From a virus (taxonomy: Duplodnaviria > Caudoviricetes): 40,441 bases of DNA. Location of the stretch: IMG/VR virus record IMGVR_UViG_3300020045_006352, positions 1-40,441 of that record; one strand, given 5' to 3'. The notes below the pieces were generated by a model. It was not told the origin of the DNA. It was given only the letters and a program-made list of their open reading frames with translations, and made no database searches. Of this stretch, positions 1 through 8,237 are shown piece by piece (the stretch's first letter is position 1; each line of letters starts with the position of its first letter). The position numbers were made by a program, and so were the translations under genes.

Positions 1-219
1 GACTTGCGGCGCATGTACGCAAAAAAACTGCAAGCCCGTATTCATAGCAGCACCACCAACGCCAGCCCCGCAAATAACGGTGCCGGATTACCTGAAACAG
101 CCCCCGCGCAAACCGAGCTGGCTAGTGGCGGAATAATCATTTCGCTTGAAGATGCAGAGATTTGCACGGAAAATACGGCCAAGCTTGAAAGCGCTGTTGA
201 TTGGGCTGCGGGGTTATGA
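1..219 (+). CDS. Spanin (Rz-like) 3' part, truncated at window start
   Basis: Near-identical to the C-terminus of 35527-36021. Confidence 0.8.
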   Translation, partial: DLRRMYAKKLQARIHSSTTNASPANNGAGLPETAPAQTELASGGIIISLEDAEICTENTAKLESAVDWAAGL

Positions 220-527
220 CGGTTATATCATTCGCTAAAGCTAAACAGGAGCGTTCTCCGCATTGGTCCGGCACGGTTAAGTGCATTGGCTGTGGGCATG
301 AACATATTGCTGTCGCGCCACTAGGCACTATGTGGGTGGAGTGCCCATCGTGCCATTTGCACAAGGCGACACCTAAACACCCATTTGGCGCAGATCAGGG
401 CGATTTAGCCTTTACCTGTTCCGAATGTGGATCCGATGCGCTTAACGCTTTTTATCGTAAGGGTCGGTTCAACCTTATGTGCATGGGCTGCGGAATAGAT
501 CATTCAGATGCGGTATTGGGCGGTTAA
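216..527 (+). CDS. Small double zinc-ribbon protein
   Basis: Four CxxC motifs (CIGC, CPSC, CSEC, CMGC). ATGA overlap with upstream gene; conserved in copy 2. Confidence 0.8.
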   Translation: MTVISFAKAKQERSPHWSGTVKCIGCGHEHIAVAPLGTMWVECPSCHLHKATPKHPFGADQGDLAFTCSECGSDALNAFYRKGRFNLMCMGCGIDHSDAVLGG

Positions 528-604
528 GTGAAAAGCCATTGCCTTAACTTAGGGTGAGTGGTAGTTAAGGATTGGTTCAATTTGAACATTAGGTTGAAGG
601 GAGA

Positions 605-913
605 TTGATTGTGTTGAATGAAAATGAAATCGAAAAAGAAATTCGGAACAAAGGGCTTAACGCTCCTCGTTTAACGCCAGACTTAATTGATGAAGCAATT
701 ATTTCAGAGCAGTATCACGTATTCCCTGAAACGACATTAACTGTCTGCGCACTAACATTGCGCAATGGATATATTGTCACAGGCGAAAGCGCAGCCGCGT
801 CACCTGAAAACTTTGATAAGGCGATTGGGCGCAAAATAGCTAGAGATAATGCCCGCAACAAGATTTGGTCTCTTGAAGGGTATCTTTTGAGAGAGAGGCT
901 ATCTAAAGCATAA
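605..913 (+). CDS. Phage Gp49/Sf6 gp66-family protein, probable Acb4-type nucleotide sponge (start may be 611 or 614)
   Basis: Family motifs APRLT...TLTVCALTLRNGYIVTGESA..SPENFD..IG.KIA..NA..KIW.LEGYLL; GAAGGGAG RBS upstream. Confidence 0.85.
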   Translation: MIVLNENEIEKEIRNKGLNAPRLTPDLIDEAIISEQYHVFPETTLTVCALTLRNGYIVTGESAAASPENFDKAIGRKIARDNARNKIWSLEGYLLRERLSKA

Positions 914-940
914 CCAACGCGGCACCTACCAAGCTTGCGT

Positions 941-976
941 CAAAGCCCTTTCCAGCAATGGAAGGGGTTTTGTTTT
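941..976 (+). terminator. Rho-independent terminator, probably bidirectional, between convergent transcription units
   Basis: CAAAGCCCTTTCCA-gcaa-TGGAAGGGGTTTTG followed by TTTT; same hairpin at 36399-36434. Confidence 0.8.
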
Positions 977-988
977 ATGTGGAGAAAA

Positions 989-1045
989 GGTGGCGGCTTC
1001 GCCTTTTGGGCTACGGACAGTATTGCCCGGATCGCTACCGCCACC
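989..1045 (-). ncRNA. Putative small three-way-junction RNA
   Basis: Minus strand: GGTGGCGG/CCGCCACC closing stem, with CGGGCA-ATAC-TGTCCG and GCC-CAAAA-GGC hairpins. The G-U pair works only on the minus strand. Confidence 0.5.
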
Positions 1046-1047
1046 CT

Positions 1048-1090
1048 ATCACCAAGGTTTCGAACTACCTAAAAGGCAACCCTTGGCAAT
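1048..1090 (-). ncRNA. Conserved structured element (hairpin C)
   Basis: ATTGCCAAGG/CCTTGGTGAT stem with an inner hairpin; one substitution versus 36650-36692. Confidence 0.5.
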
Positions 1091-1107
1091 CTCTATGCTA
1101 TACCAGA

Positions 1108-1338
1108 TCAATCGCCGCTTTCAAGCCTAACACTCACAACCACGCGCCTGCCATCGCTGAATTGCACGGATCGCTCTACGTCACGGTCCTTATCATCCGC
1201 GCTGAGATCCGCACACAGGCATAGCAGAATATCGTCCGTCACGTCACGCAAGCGGCGTATTGGCTTTGTTGGCTGCTCATGTGTCGCCCAGATGCGCCCG
1301 TCCATGTCCACGCGAAGTTTAATGTGGGCGGGCTTCAT
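1108..1338 (-). CDS. Hypothetical protein (76 aa)
   Basis: Conserved in copy 2 (36936-37166) with many synonymous changes. Confidence 0.85.
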   Translation of the reverse strand: MKPAHIKLRVDMDGRIWATHEQPTKPIRRLRDVTDDILLCLCADLSADDKDRDVERSVQFSDGRRVVVSVRLESGD

Positions 1339-1382
1339 AGCAGGGCGTCCAAGGTGCTGCGCTCTAACGGTATTTTTTCCAT
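1335..1382 (-). pseudogene. 15-codon remnant (MEKIPLERSTLDALL) of the 99-aa gene at 37163-37462
   Basis: First 12 residues match 37163-37462, then a stop overlapping the next ATG. Confidence 0.7.
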
Positions 1383-1386
1383 ATTC

Positions 1387-1638
1387 TCATTCCTTTTCAG
1401 TAACTTTGGGTGGTGCTCTTGTAGCAATTATATTCCCGTTACCATGCGTTTTTGACTTGTATCCAGCTTTTAATAGCGTTGCTTTCAGGTTAACCGGGCA
1501 AAGGCATGTTTTGGGATCATATTCAGGGTTATGGTGTTTCTCCCACACCCATTTTTCAAATGGAACAATCGCATTTAATTGCGCTTGGTTTGAGCACATC
1601 GTGTGCTTTTCATCAAAATACAGATAATCACACATCAC
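1387..1638 (-). CDS. Hypothetical protein (83 aa), copy 1 only
   Basis: 4-bp stop/start overlap in the leftward operon; only its 3' tip survives in copy 2 (about 37467-37496). Confidence 0.65.
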   Translation of the reverse strand: MMCDYLYFDEKHTMCSNQAQLNAIVPFEKWVWEKHHNPEYDPKTCLCPVNLKATLLKAGYKSKTHGNGNIIATRAPPKVTEKE

Positions 1639-1859
1639 AACCCCCTTGCGCGCAAGGCTGCGGCGGTTGCTTTGCGGGGGCAGGACGGCACTTCGTCTGG
1701 TATCTCAGGATACAACGTCATGGCGGCGTCCAGTGAAGAGGTGTAAGGGCGGTGGTACGGAAATAAAAACGGACGCAATTTCCGCACTTCCATTCCTATT
1801 TCGTAATCCACTTCCCTATCAGGCCCTATCAGCGCGGCTACGCGGTCAGAGATGGTCAT
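1635..1859 (-). CDS. Hypothetical phage protein (GPDREVD / YTSSLDAAMTL / AAALRARG type)
   Basis: Motifs shared with 37664-38053. Confidence 0.8.
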   Translation of the reverse strand: MTISDRVAALIGPDREVDYEIGMEVRKLRPFLFPYHRPYTSSLDAAMTLYPEIPDEVPSCPRKATAAALRARGL

Positions 1860-2023
1860 GGTTCAACCTTCGTATTGGTTAGCCGCTTATCCAATTTATA
1901 TTGGAGCCGGATTACGCCATTCTTAACCGTGCAGCTTATTTCACAATTTCTGGCCCAATCGTACGACACATGCTCTTCTCCGCATACGCCGCATTTCCAC
2001 TTGGTTATTCTTTCAACCATCAT
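1856..2023 (-). CDS. Small Cys-rich protein (CxxC...H...C)
   Basis: MMVERITKWKCGVCGEEH; homolog at 37497-37664. Confidence 0.75.
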   Translation of the reverse strand: MMVERITKWKCGVCGEEHVSYDWARNCEISCTVKNGVIRLQYKLDKRLTNTKVEP

Positions 2024-2294
2024 TCCGCCCCTGCTGTGCGAGTTGGATTGCAGCCACGTCCAATATGCCTTGAGCCGAAATAATGTTGCCCTTGAACCGG
2101 ATACACGCGCCGGGTCGGACATGGTGTTTGACCATCGCCACAGCGGTTTCCAGTGACTGTTTTAACAGTACATTCTCAGCTTCCAGCGCTATCAATTGGC
2201 GCATGTCGTGGCGCGTTAGGCTGCATAGCCGAACCTGACGCTGTGTGCCGTCTGCCCGTTCGATGAACCGCAACCGTTCAACAAGATCACTCAT
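2013..2294 (-). CDS. Hypothetical protein (MSDLVERLR, Ead/Ea22-like N-terminus)
   Basis: Common phage N-terminal motif; coupled to neighbouring ORFs. Confidence 0.7.
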   Translation of the reverse strand: MSDLVERLRFIERADGTQRQVRLCSLTRHDMRQLIALEAENVLLKQSLETAVAMVKHHVRPGACIRFKGNIISAQGILDVAAIQLAQQGRNDG

Positions 2295-2667
2295 CGCCCG
2301 AACCTCCCTGATTGAGGGCCACGGTCTGACAGTTCTCGCTGGCCTTCTCCCGCAAGAATTGCTCTGAAAGCTTGCGGTGATAGGCGTCGCGCAGTTCGGT
2401 GATGCCGTAGGCGTCAACCGCCTCTTTGATCGCGGCCTCGCGGTGCGCGGTGATCCCGGTCACACGATCCTCTATGAGCTTCCAAACCGTTTCATATTCT
2501 GGCCAATCACTCTCGACCACAGCGCACTCGACAGTGTGGATACCTGCCCACTGCAGATGATTACGGATGCCTAATTCCTGCTCTTTAGTCAGGTGCTTGC
2601 GTTTGATAACAATAAATCGCTCTTCGCGCTCGAAAACCGCCTGCGTCACTGTTGGTTTGTCAGTCAT
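2287..2667 (-). CDS. Hypothetical protein (126 aa)
   Basis: FEREERFIVIKRK...ECAVVESDWPEYE.VW phage-type motif; ATGA overlap. Confidence 0.8.
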   Translation of the reverse strand: MTDKPTVTQAVFEREERFIVIKRKHLTKEQELGIRNHLQWAGIHTVECAVVESDWPEYETVWKLIEDRVTGITAHREAAIKEAVDAYGITELRDAYHRKLSEQFLREKASENCQTVALNQGGSGDE

Positions 2668-2810
2668 TCCCCACCCTCCACAAATACTATACGAGCTTCA
2701 ACGGGCTTGCCGTCCTTGATGCCCACAATTACCCAACCCTTCGCGGTCAGTATCATATCACCGTCTTTCTTTTCAGTCGGCTTGAATGGTGTTTATGGCT
2801 GTGGCGTCAT
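2664..2810 (-). pseudogene. Degenerate fusion of two genes that are intact in copy 2
   Basis: Reads MTPQP*TPFKPTEK...KGWVIV / DGKPVEARIVFVEGGE. TAA at 2793-2795 where copy 2 has TAC. Confidence 0.7.
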
Positions 2811-3031
2811 CCCACTGCTCCCGCTGCGACGGCAATCATCATTGCTACAAATGCAAGGCTTGCAGCCCCAGCTCCCAACATGAGCGCATCGGCAATCAGG
2901 CGTTTTACTGAAAACACAATCGGTGCGTCTGGGTGCCGCCCCATGCGGCCCTTCATAATCGGTTCCATAAAGCCACTATATGCGGCGTTATCGCCACGCT
3001 CTGCGGCTTCCTGTGCGCGTTGTAGTGTCAC
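2807..3031 (-). CDS. Small protein with C-terminal transmembrane helix
   Basis: Hydrophobic C-terminus; homolog at 39976-40200. Confidence 0.8.
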   Translation of the reverse strand: MTLQRAQEAAERGDNAAYSGFMEPIMKGRMGRHPDAPIVFSVKRLIADALMLGAGAASLAFVAMMIAVAAGAVG

Positions 3032-3237
3032 CGTATTTTCTCCAGTTCTGCCATTGCCAGGCCGGTTGTCATCTCGATTGCAAAGTGTAGCTGCATTTCA
3101 GCAACTTGCACCACTTCGTCAAGCTTGGCGTAATCCTCTTCAGGAATTGTGAGGTTGTCGAACAACACCTTATCGCGGTCGCCTAGAGCGCGGAGATAGT
3201 CGTTGTATAAGGCGCGGATATATTCTTGCTGTGTCAT
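3028..3237 (-). CDS. Hypothetical protein (69 aa)
   Basis: Homolog at 40197-40406; 4-bp overlaps. Confidence 0.8.
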   Translation of the reverse strand: MTQQEYIRALYNDYLRALGDRDKVLFDNLTIPEEDYAKLDEVVQVAEMQLHFAIEMTTGLAMAELEKIR

Positions 3238-3425
3238 TTCTCACTCCACAATTCGATAAAACGCCGCAACTGCTTCAACTGGCAACCGCCCTTTAGGCGA
3301 TACCATGCCCCGTCAGCTTCGCGCTTCCAGATTGTGTAAAGGGTGGCGCAGCCATGCATCACAGGAACCCGGTCAGCCCACAATTCCCAGTTGCCTAGCC
3401 TGAATGTTTTATGTGCACGGCTCAT
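3234..3425 (-). CDS. Hypothetical protein (63 aa), copy 1 only
   Basis: ATGA overlaps at both ends; precisely absent at 40403-40406. Confidence 0.7.
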   Translation of the reverse strand: MSRAHKTFRLGNWELWADRVPVMHGCATLYTIWKREADGAWYRLKGGCQLKQLRRFIELWSEK

Positions 3426-3697
3426 TTCGCATAAACTCCCGCTTCATCGGCCCTCAGATCGTCGTAAATCTGGTCGCTCGTTTCCGTCCAGCTATCGTTC
3501 GTGCTGTCGTCATCAAACTCGCAACGCGCTATGCCATAGCCGTCCAACATGTTATCCGTAAGGCAATCCTGTAAATATGCGGAAGTGGTAAACGGGCTAT
3601 CTTTGCCGGGATCAACGATATGGCCGAGCAGCTCCATAATCTGCGCGTCGTCCAGTTTTTCGAGTTCGGCAATCAGTGCTTGTGGTAGTGTCATCAT
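3422..3697 (-). CDS. Acidic hypothetical protein, first gene of leftward early operon
   Basis: AAGGAG RBS directly upstream; D/E-rich. Confidence 0.8.
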   Translation of the reverse strand: MMTLPQALIAELEKLDDAQIMELLGHIVDPGKDSPFTTSAYLQDCLTDNMLDGYGIARCEFDDDSTNDSWTETSDQIYDDLRADEAGVYAK

Positions 3698-3790
3698 CTA
3701 TCTCCTTGTTGCTTCCACCATACACAATGGAAAATGCCCGTCAATACAAAATATCGCATTGCAATGTTTTATTACTTTGCTATGGTGTGG
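3692..3790. promoter_or_regulatory. Divergent sigma70-like promoters
   Basis: Minus strand TTGACG...TATGGT; plus strand TTGCAA(3759)...TATGGT(3781). Confidence 0.6.
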
Positions 3791-3811
3791 TTGCAATCTG
3801 AAAGGAACGAC

Positions 3812-4015
3812 ATGACTGCAAAAGAAATTATCAAGTTGCTGGGTGGCCGAAGCCTGGTTGTTGATATGTTAAACTCGACGGTAGGCCGGGTTAACTCGTG
3901 GTGCGCCCGCAATTATATCCCCGACTGGTGGCGTGATACGCTGCTAGAAATTGCGGCAAAACAGGGAAAGCCACTGACGGCTGACGACTTTCCAGTGAAG
4001 GGGGATGGGGAATGA
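3812..4015 (+). CDS. Cro-like HTH regulator
   Basis: MTAKEIIKLLGG...VNSW..RNYIP..W Cro-type pattern; AAAGGA RBS. Confidence 0.75.
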   Translation: MTAKEIIKLLGGRSLVVDMLNSTVGRVNSWCARNYIPDWWRDTLLEIAAKQGKPLTADDFPVKGDGE

Positions 4016-4290
4016 AAGTTCGAGCATGCACTACTCCGGGTCAGTTCGCAATTGAAGCCTTGCCCAAAGGGCCCGCAGGCGAAAAATGGATCCAAGAATA
4101 TATTAACTTTAGTGGGTATTTTGGTGTGCATGGCCCGCATGTATTTTCCGCCGCGCCTGAATTGCTGGAGGCGCTTGAATATGCCGTCTCAAAATACGGT
4201 CAAGACGGTGGGCCGTGGAATGTTCCAAGCGATCCCGGTGGCTGGCTGGATCGTGCCCGCGCCGCAATCGCTAAAGCAAAGGGAGAATGA
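4012..4290 (+). CDS. Hypothetical phage protein
   Basis: AAPELLEAL...ARAAIAKAKGE motif; ATGA overlaps. Confidence 0.8.
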   Translation: MKVRACTTPGQFAIEALPKGPAGEKWIQEYINFSGYFGVHGPHVFSAAPELLEALEYAVSKYGQDGGPWNVPSDPGGWLDRARAAIAKAKGE

Positions 4291-4904
4291 TGATGACTAA
4301 AAATCCGAAAACATTTCCTAATCAGAAAATACGTCCGCCACGGGATTTGGCAGGGAAAATATCCGCCTATATCGAGCAAAATGAGCTTACGCCATTTCAA
4401 TTCGCAAAACATGCACGGCTCTCAAATCACACTGTCAAAAGATTGTTGAGCGGCCTTATCGTGGCGCGAAGGTCAATTGAAGCCGCTCAAAATGCCCTCT
4501 CTATCCCTCTTTCTATCGAGATCAAGTCAGCCTTCGTTATAGAAAGTCCAGAGCGTTTGCAGGAGTTGGCTCAAGAGATTACGGACTATATGGCAACGCA
4601 TAAAATAAGCATGAGCGCCTTGGGCCGTTCATCAGGGCTGGGAGCTAGCGCCTTTATTCGCATCAAGCGAGGTGTTCCTGTTACAGTCGTTCTTGCGGAT
4701 AAAGTGGCACAAGCCCTGCAACGCGAACCGGGCGATACAGCCATAACACGACAGCCGACAAAAATTGCGCATGAAGATGGTGAAAAAGCATGGGCATTAG
4801 CCGCCAAGCTGGGTAGTGACGCTCTGCGTGACGCCTGCAACCGCTTGCGCCATAAAATCGCGGTTGAAGCCATGCGGGCAAAAGGCTCTGCTGTTTGCCT
4901 GTAG
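4287..4904 (+). CDS. Protein with two putative HTH domains
   Basis: Two similar segments (LTPFQFAKHARLSNHTVKRL..G; ISMSALGRSSGLGASAFIRIKRG). Confidence 0.6.
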   Translation: MMMTKNPKTFPNQKIRPPRDLAGKISAYIEQNELTPFQFAKHARLSNHTVKRLLSGLIVARRSIEAAQNALSIPLSIEIKSAFVIESPERLQELAQEITDYMATHKISMSALGRSSGLGASAFIRIKRGVPVTVVLADKVAQALQREPGDTAITRQPTKIAHEDGEKAWALAAKLGSDALRDACNRLRHKIAVEAMRAKGSAVCL

Positions 4905-4910
4905 GGCATG

Positions 4911-4940
4911 AAAAAGGGGCCGGTGATTAGCCGACCCCTT
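4911..4940 (-). terminator. Terminator between convergent units
   Basis: AAGGGGCCGG/CCGACCCCTT hairpin with a T-run on the minus strand. Confidence 0.65.
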
Positions 4941-5037
4941 CGCACACAGGAGATAGTGCAGGGCTTCCAGTGGAGATAGATACCCAACACCATTTATAGA
5001 TCAGCCCGATTGCGTTTGCAATAGGTTTGTAATGGCA

Positions 5038-5277
5038 TCACCGCATATCCCATAGACGCTTAATCTCAGCTTCAACATATGGCCGGATTTTATCCGGTAT
5101 TTTTTTGAGCGCGGAACGGCGCTCCTCTATCGTATCCATGCGCAAAATAGCCTCCGCGCCTTCAAAGATCGCAAACCGCGCCCAGCTTTGAATTGCCTTT
5201 GGCGCTTGATGCATTTCAATCTGGCCTGATAATAGCCGATTGAGCCACTCGTGAGGACGGATAAGCATCTCAGCCAT
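5038..5277 (-). CDS. Hypothetical protein (79 aa)
   Basis: Last ORF of the replication operon, overlapping the nuclease gene. Confidence 0.7.
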   Translation of the reverse strand: MAEMLIRPHEWLNRLLSGQIEMHQAPKAIQSWARFAIFEGAEAILRMDTIEERRSALKKIPDKIRPYVEAEIKRLWDMR

Positions 5278-5692
5278 GTGCCCTAGCCCTCCACGCCTCA
5301 AAGGCTTCCCAAGCCCCTACAGCGCCCAAAGCGACGCACACAAACGCGCCATTGTCCTGTGCGGCGGATAGATATGCCTGCTGTCCATCCTGCCATGACG
5401 ATAGCGTATGATCACAGCGCTTCAATTCACAGACAAAAGAGGGATTGCCTGGAATGATTATATCACTCGCCCCCGGTGTCATGCCCTCTGCACTATGTTT
5501 TATCACGGTTGAGAATTGTCCGCCGGTCTTTAAGCCTTCATTGCGCGGATGGATCGCAATCAGGCCATAGCTATCAGGATATTCCCGCCGCAACCGGCTA
5601 AAGAATGAGGCCTGCTCTACATGCTCCTGCGGGCATTTCCCGCGAAAGCCTGTGTCGCCATAAATGGGAAACGGTACATCTTTAAGGTTCAT
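5270..5692 (-). CDS. VRR-NUC-type nuclease / putative Holliday junction resolvase
   Basis: EHVEQ...H.RNEG...EGMTPGASDIII...CELK PD-(D/E)xK pattern. Confidence 0.85.
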   Translation of the reverse strand: MNLKDVPFPIYGDTGFRGKCPQEHVEQASFFSRLRREYPDSYGLIAIHPRNEGLKTGGQFSTVIKHSAEGMTPGASDIIIPGNPSFVCELKRCDHTLSSWQDGQQAYLSAAQDNGAFVCVALGAVGAWEAFEAWRARAHG

Positions 5693-7503
5693 TCCAGTGC
5701 ATCCTCTGGCCTATTGTACGCCAATATACGATAAAACGAACTACTGGCGTCCTTGACATAGGTTATCGTATCGGGCTGCTCTTCGCCATCTGCCGTCGCG
5801 GCGCAAAAGGCCTCATATTCAGCCTTTTTGGCCTTCATCTGGCTTTCTGGCATAAACCACACACTGAATTGCCTATATGGCGTCTTGAAGTCCGCTCTCA
5901 GCGTGGCATTACCCTTTGCACTTACGCCTGTCCGTGTCGTCATAGAGATGACCTTGTCACACTGGGGCTGCGTCGGATCTTTCTTCAGCGCCTTAAAGTC
6001 GGCTGCAAGCTTTTCGTTAGGGTCAACAATTTCACCCTTGCACTCATAGCAATAGCGCGCCGCAATGTCATTCTTTTCCCCGCAATGTGGGCAATCCTTG
6101 CCAGTCCAGCGATAATTGCAGCGGGTGTATTTCCCCATATCGGCGGTCTTGACCATGCCGAAACACCGCCTGCCATAATGCACAGGCAGAGGGCCAAACT
6201 CGGTCTGTATCTGCTCCCCGAATACATCAAGCGCATATCCGTGCTTATCCGGCACATAATCCGCATTATCCGGGTTGAGGCTAAACAGATTGACATGATC
6301 GCAATCGGGGCATTGCGCCTCTACGCTACCATTTCCGCCGCCTATCTTGCCTGCTTTGATAGTGGGATTGTAAATATCGCCATCAGGGAAGTGGCGCTCT
6401 ACATTGCTGGCATAGTCGAGCAAGAGGCTATCCTGCTTTTCAGGATCAAGACGCCAAGCCCTGCCCATGATTTGTTGTAACAGCGCCGCGCTTTCTGTGT
6501 AGCGTAACAGCGCAATCGTCTCTGTGTGGCTAACATCAAATCCAGTGGTCAGGGTACCGACATTAACTAGGTGGCGTATTTCCTTTTCCCTGTATCGCCG
6601 GATAATCCGTTCACGCTCCGGCTTTTTGGTGTCCCCCGTTACCAGTGCGCTTGTCTCTGGCGGCAGGCTGGCCAATATCTCTTTGGCATGTTGCACCGTT
6701 GCGCCAAAATACATAATGCCGCCATGCCGATAACGCGCTTGCTCGATCACATCAGCCACAATTGCAGCGGTCTTTCTGCCATGCCCCACAAAGGCTTGTT
6801 CTACCGTTCGTTCATCCAACATCCCATTGGCCTTAACAATAACCCCGCTGGTATCGTATCCGCCCTCTGCGCTGTTAATCGCGCCTATTCTCATGGGCGT
6901 TATAAACCCTTCATCCAGCATTTCGCGGGCGCTCACACGATACACGCATTTTGTGAAATACGGATCACGGGTAACATCATCGCCGTTGGTGTGGCCGTCT
7001 GGCCAAATGCGGAAAATATAACCACTGCCCAGCCTATATGGTGTGCCGGTTAAACCAATCACCCGCAAAATGGGATTGCCTACCCGCATTTCGTTAATGA
7101 TCTCGATAATTGTTGGCGTCATCCCGTGCGCCTCGTCAACAATCACCGCGCAATAATCTGTGATAAATCGGGATATGGCGTTCTTGACAGTCAATGGCGT
7201 ACCAAACACAACATGGTGCCGGGTGCTCTTGCGGCCGGCCGATGCAGAAAATATGCTGGCTTTATGCCCGGTCAGTAAAAACTTCTCATAATCCTGCTCC
7301 ACAAGCTCTTTTGATGGCGCTAGCACAAGCACCCGCTTGCCGCCGCTAATTTGATGCAAGCGGTCGGACAGGCTGGCTATAACATAACTTTTCCCGGCTG
7401 CTGGTGCAGCATCAATCAAGCAAGGATCGACACTGCTCTTTACCCAAGAAATAGCTTCTTCTACACACGCCATTTGATACGGCCTGAGTTGGAAATTTGT
7501 CAC
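5689..7503 (-). CDS. SF2 DEAD/DEAH helicase with C-terminal Zn fingers (RadD/YejH-like)
   Basis: LRPYQ, AAGKS, VDEAH, TGT, LTTGFD, QIMGR motifs; CPDC, CPHC, CYEC. GTG at 7503 overlaps the upstream stop. Confidence 0.93.
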   Translation of the reverse strand: MTNFQLRPYQMACVEEAISWVKSSVDPCLIDAAPAAGKSYVIASLSDRLHQISGGKRVLVLAPSKELVEQDYEKFLLTGHKASIFSASAGRKSTRHHVVFGTPLTVKNAISRFITDYCAVIVDEAHGMTPTIIEIINEMRVGNPILRVIGLTGTPYRLGSGYIFRIWPDGHTNGDDVTRDPYFTKCVYRVSAREMLDEGFITPMRIGAINSAEGGYDTSGVIVKANGMLDERTVEQAFVGHGRKTAAIVADVIEQARYRHGGIMYFGATVQHAKEILASLPPETSALVTGDTKKPERERIIRRYREKEIRHLVNVGTLTTGFDVSHTETIALLRYTESAALLQQIMGRAWRLDPEKQDSLLLDYASNVERHFPDGDIYNPTIKAGKIGGGNGSVEAQCPDCDHVNLFSLNPDNADYVPDKHGYALDVFGEQIQTEFGPLPVHYGRRCFGMVKTADMGKYTRCNYRWTGKDCPHCGEKNDIAARYCYECKGEIVDPNEKLAADFKALKKDPTQPQCDKVISMTTRTGVSAKGNATLRADFKTPYRQFSVWFMPESQMKAKKAEYEAFCAATADGEEQPDTITYVKDASSSFYRILAYNRPEDALE

Positions 7504-8204
7504 TTTGCATACTCCCACTTAAGCCCAGCGCAATAACGCCTATTCCCACTACAGCACCTGCTAATGTCCGATGTCCCGCACTTGATACCAAGCTCGAACC
7601 TAACCCACTTTGCAGCATCAGACACACTTTGAAAGACCATTCCATTAGACGCTCTAACCGCACGAAGCCTCTTTTCATTTACCTTGGCTTTTGCATCTAT
7701 TAGGGTTGGAGCAATCAAACCAAAAGACCAAGAATACCCATACGCGACATGACGGCTCCCATTGCAGCAACTGGATATATGGCTCTCTGTTGCGTTTCGG
7801 TGCCCGCGATCACGCATGTTTTGTGCGGCCTCCTTCAAAGAAGAAAAAAATTCCCCGTCTGAATTGATAACCGGCTTCATGCATTTTTTGGCTTTTTGTA
7901 AGACAGTTTCACGATCAAATTTATAACCAGACATTCCCCCGTCACCGCCTGATGACAGGTTACATAGTTTATTAGGACCAATTGAACTGATCAGAATTTT
8001 CTCAAATGAAAATGCGCATTGCTCATGCACAGGCCCTAAAATTTCTTCTATGACAAGACCATGCTTAGCGACAATCATATGCCAGCGGCACGACCTGCTG
8101 CACTTTGATTTTGATCTACTCTTTATGCCTTTGCCAATGTAGAAAGGCTCACCATTACTAGCCTTTCTATGGGCATAGACGTAGAATTTTCGCTCTGACA
8201 ACAT
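7500..8204 (-). CDS. GIY-YIG homing-type endonuclease with two NUMOD1-like domains
   Basis: FYVYAH...PFYIGKG...R...E...N.SSGGDG, then two F.S..AA...IS.CC.G......G..W repeats. Confidence 0.88.
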   Translation of the reverse strand: MLSERKFYVYAHRKASNGEPFYIGKGIKSRSKSKCSRSCRWHMIVAKHGLVIEEILGPVHEQCAFSFEKILISSIGPNKLCNLSSGGDGGMSGYKFDRETVLQKAKKCMKPVINSDGEFFSSLKEAAQNMRDRGHRNATESHISSCCNGSRHVAYGYSWSFGLIAPTLIDAKAKVNEKRLRAVRASNGMVFQSVSDAAKWVRFELGIKCGTSDISRCCSGNRRYCAGLKWEYAK

Positions 8205-8237
8205 ACCCCCTCCTTCTCTGGGGTTCCCATAAATTGA

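Larger units (their letters stand above)
1..3460. repeat. Variable region, copy 1 (diverged homolog of 35803-40441)
   Basis: 1-20 GACTTGCGGCGCATGTACGC equals 35803-35822. Homologous ORFs follow (Zn-finger, MKPAHIKL, MTLQRAQE, RALGDRDKVLFDNLTIPEE), and 3424-3460 matches the window end. Confidence 0.95.

Noticed and set aside
989-1045. Hammerhead or HDV/theta ribozyme
   Set aside because: It has a three-way junction and a GCGAA segment, but no CUGANGA core and no nested double pseudoknot that I could build.
1-3460. True direct terminal repeat
   Set aside because: The copies differ in sequence and gene content, whereas packaging redundancy would be identical.
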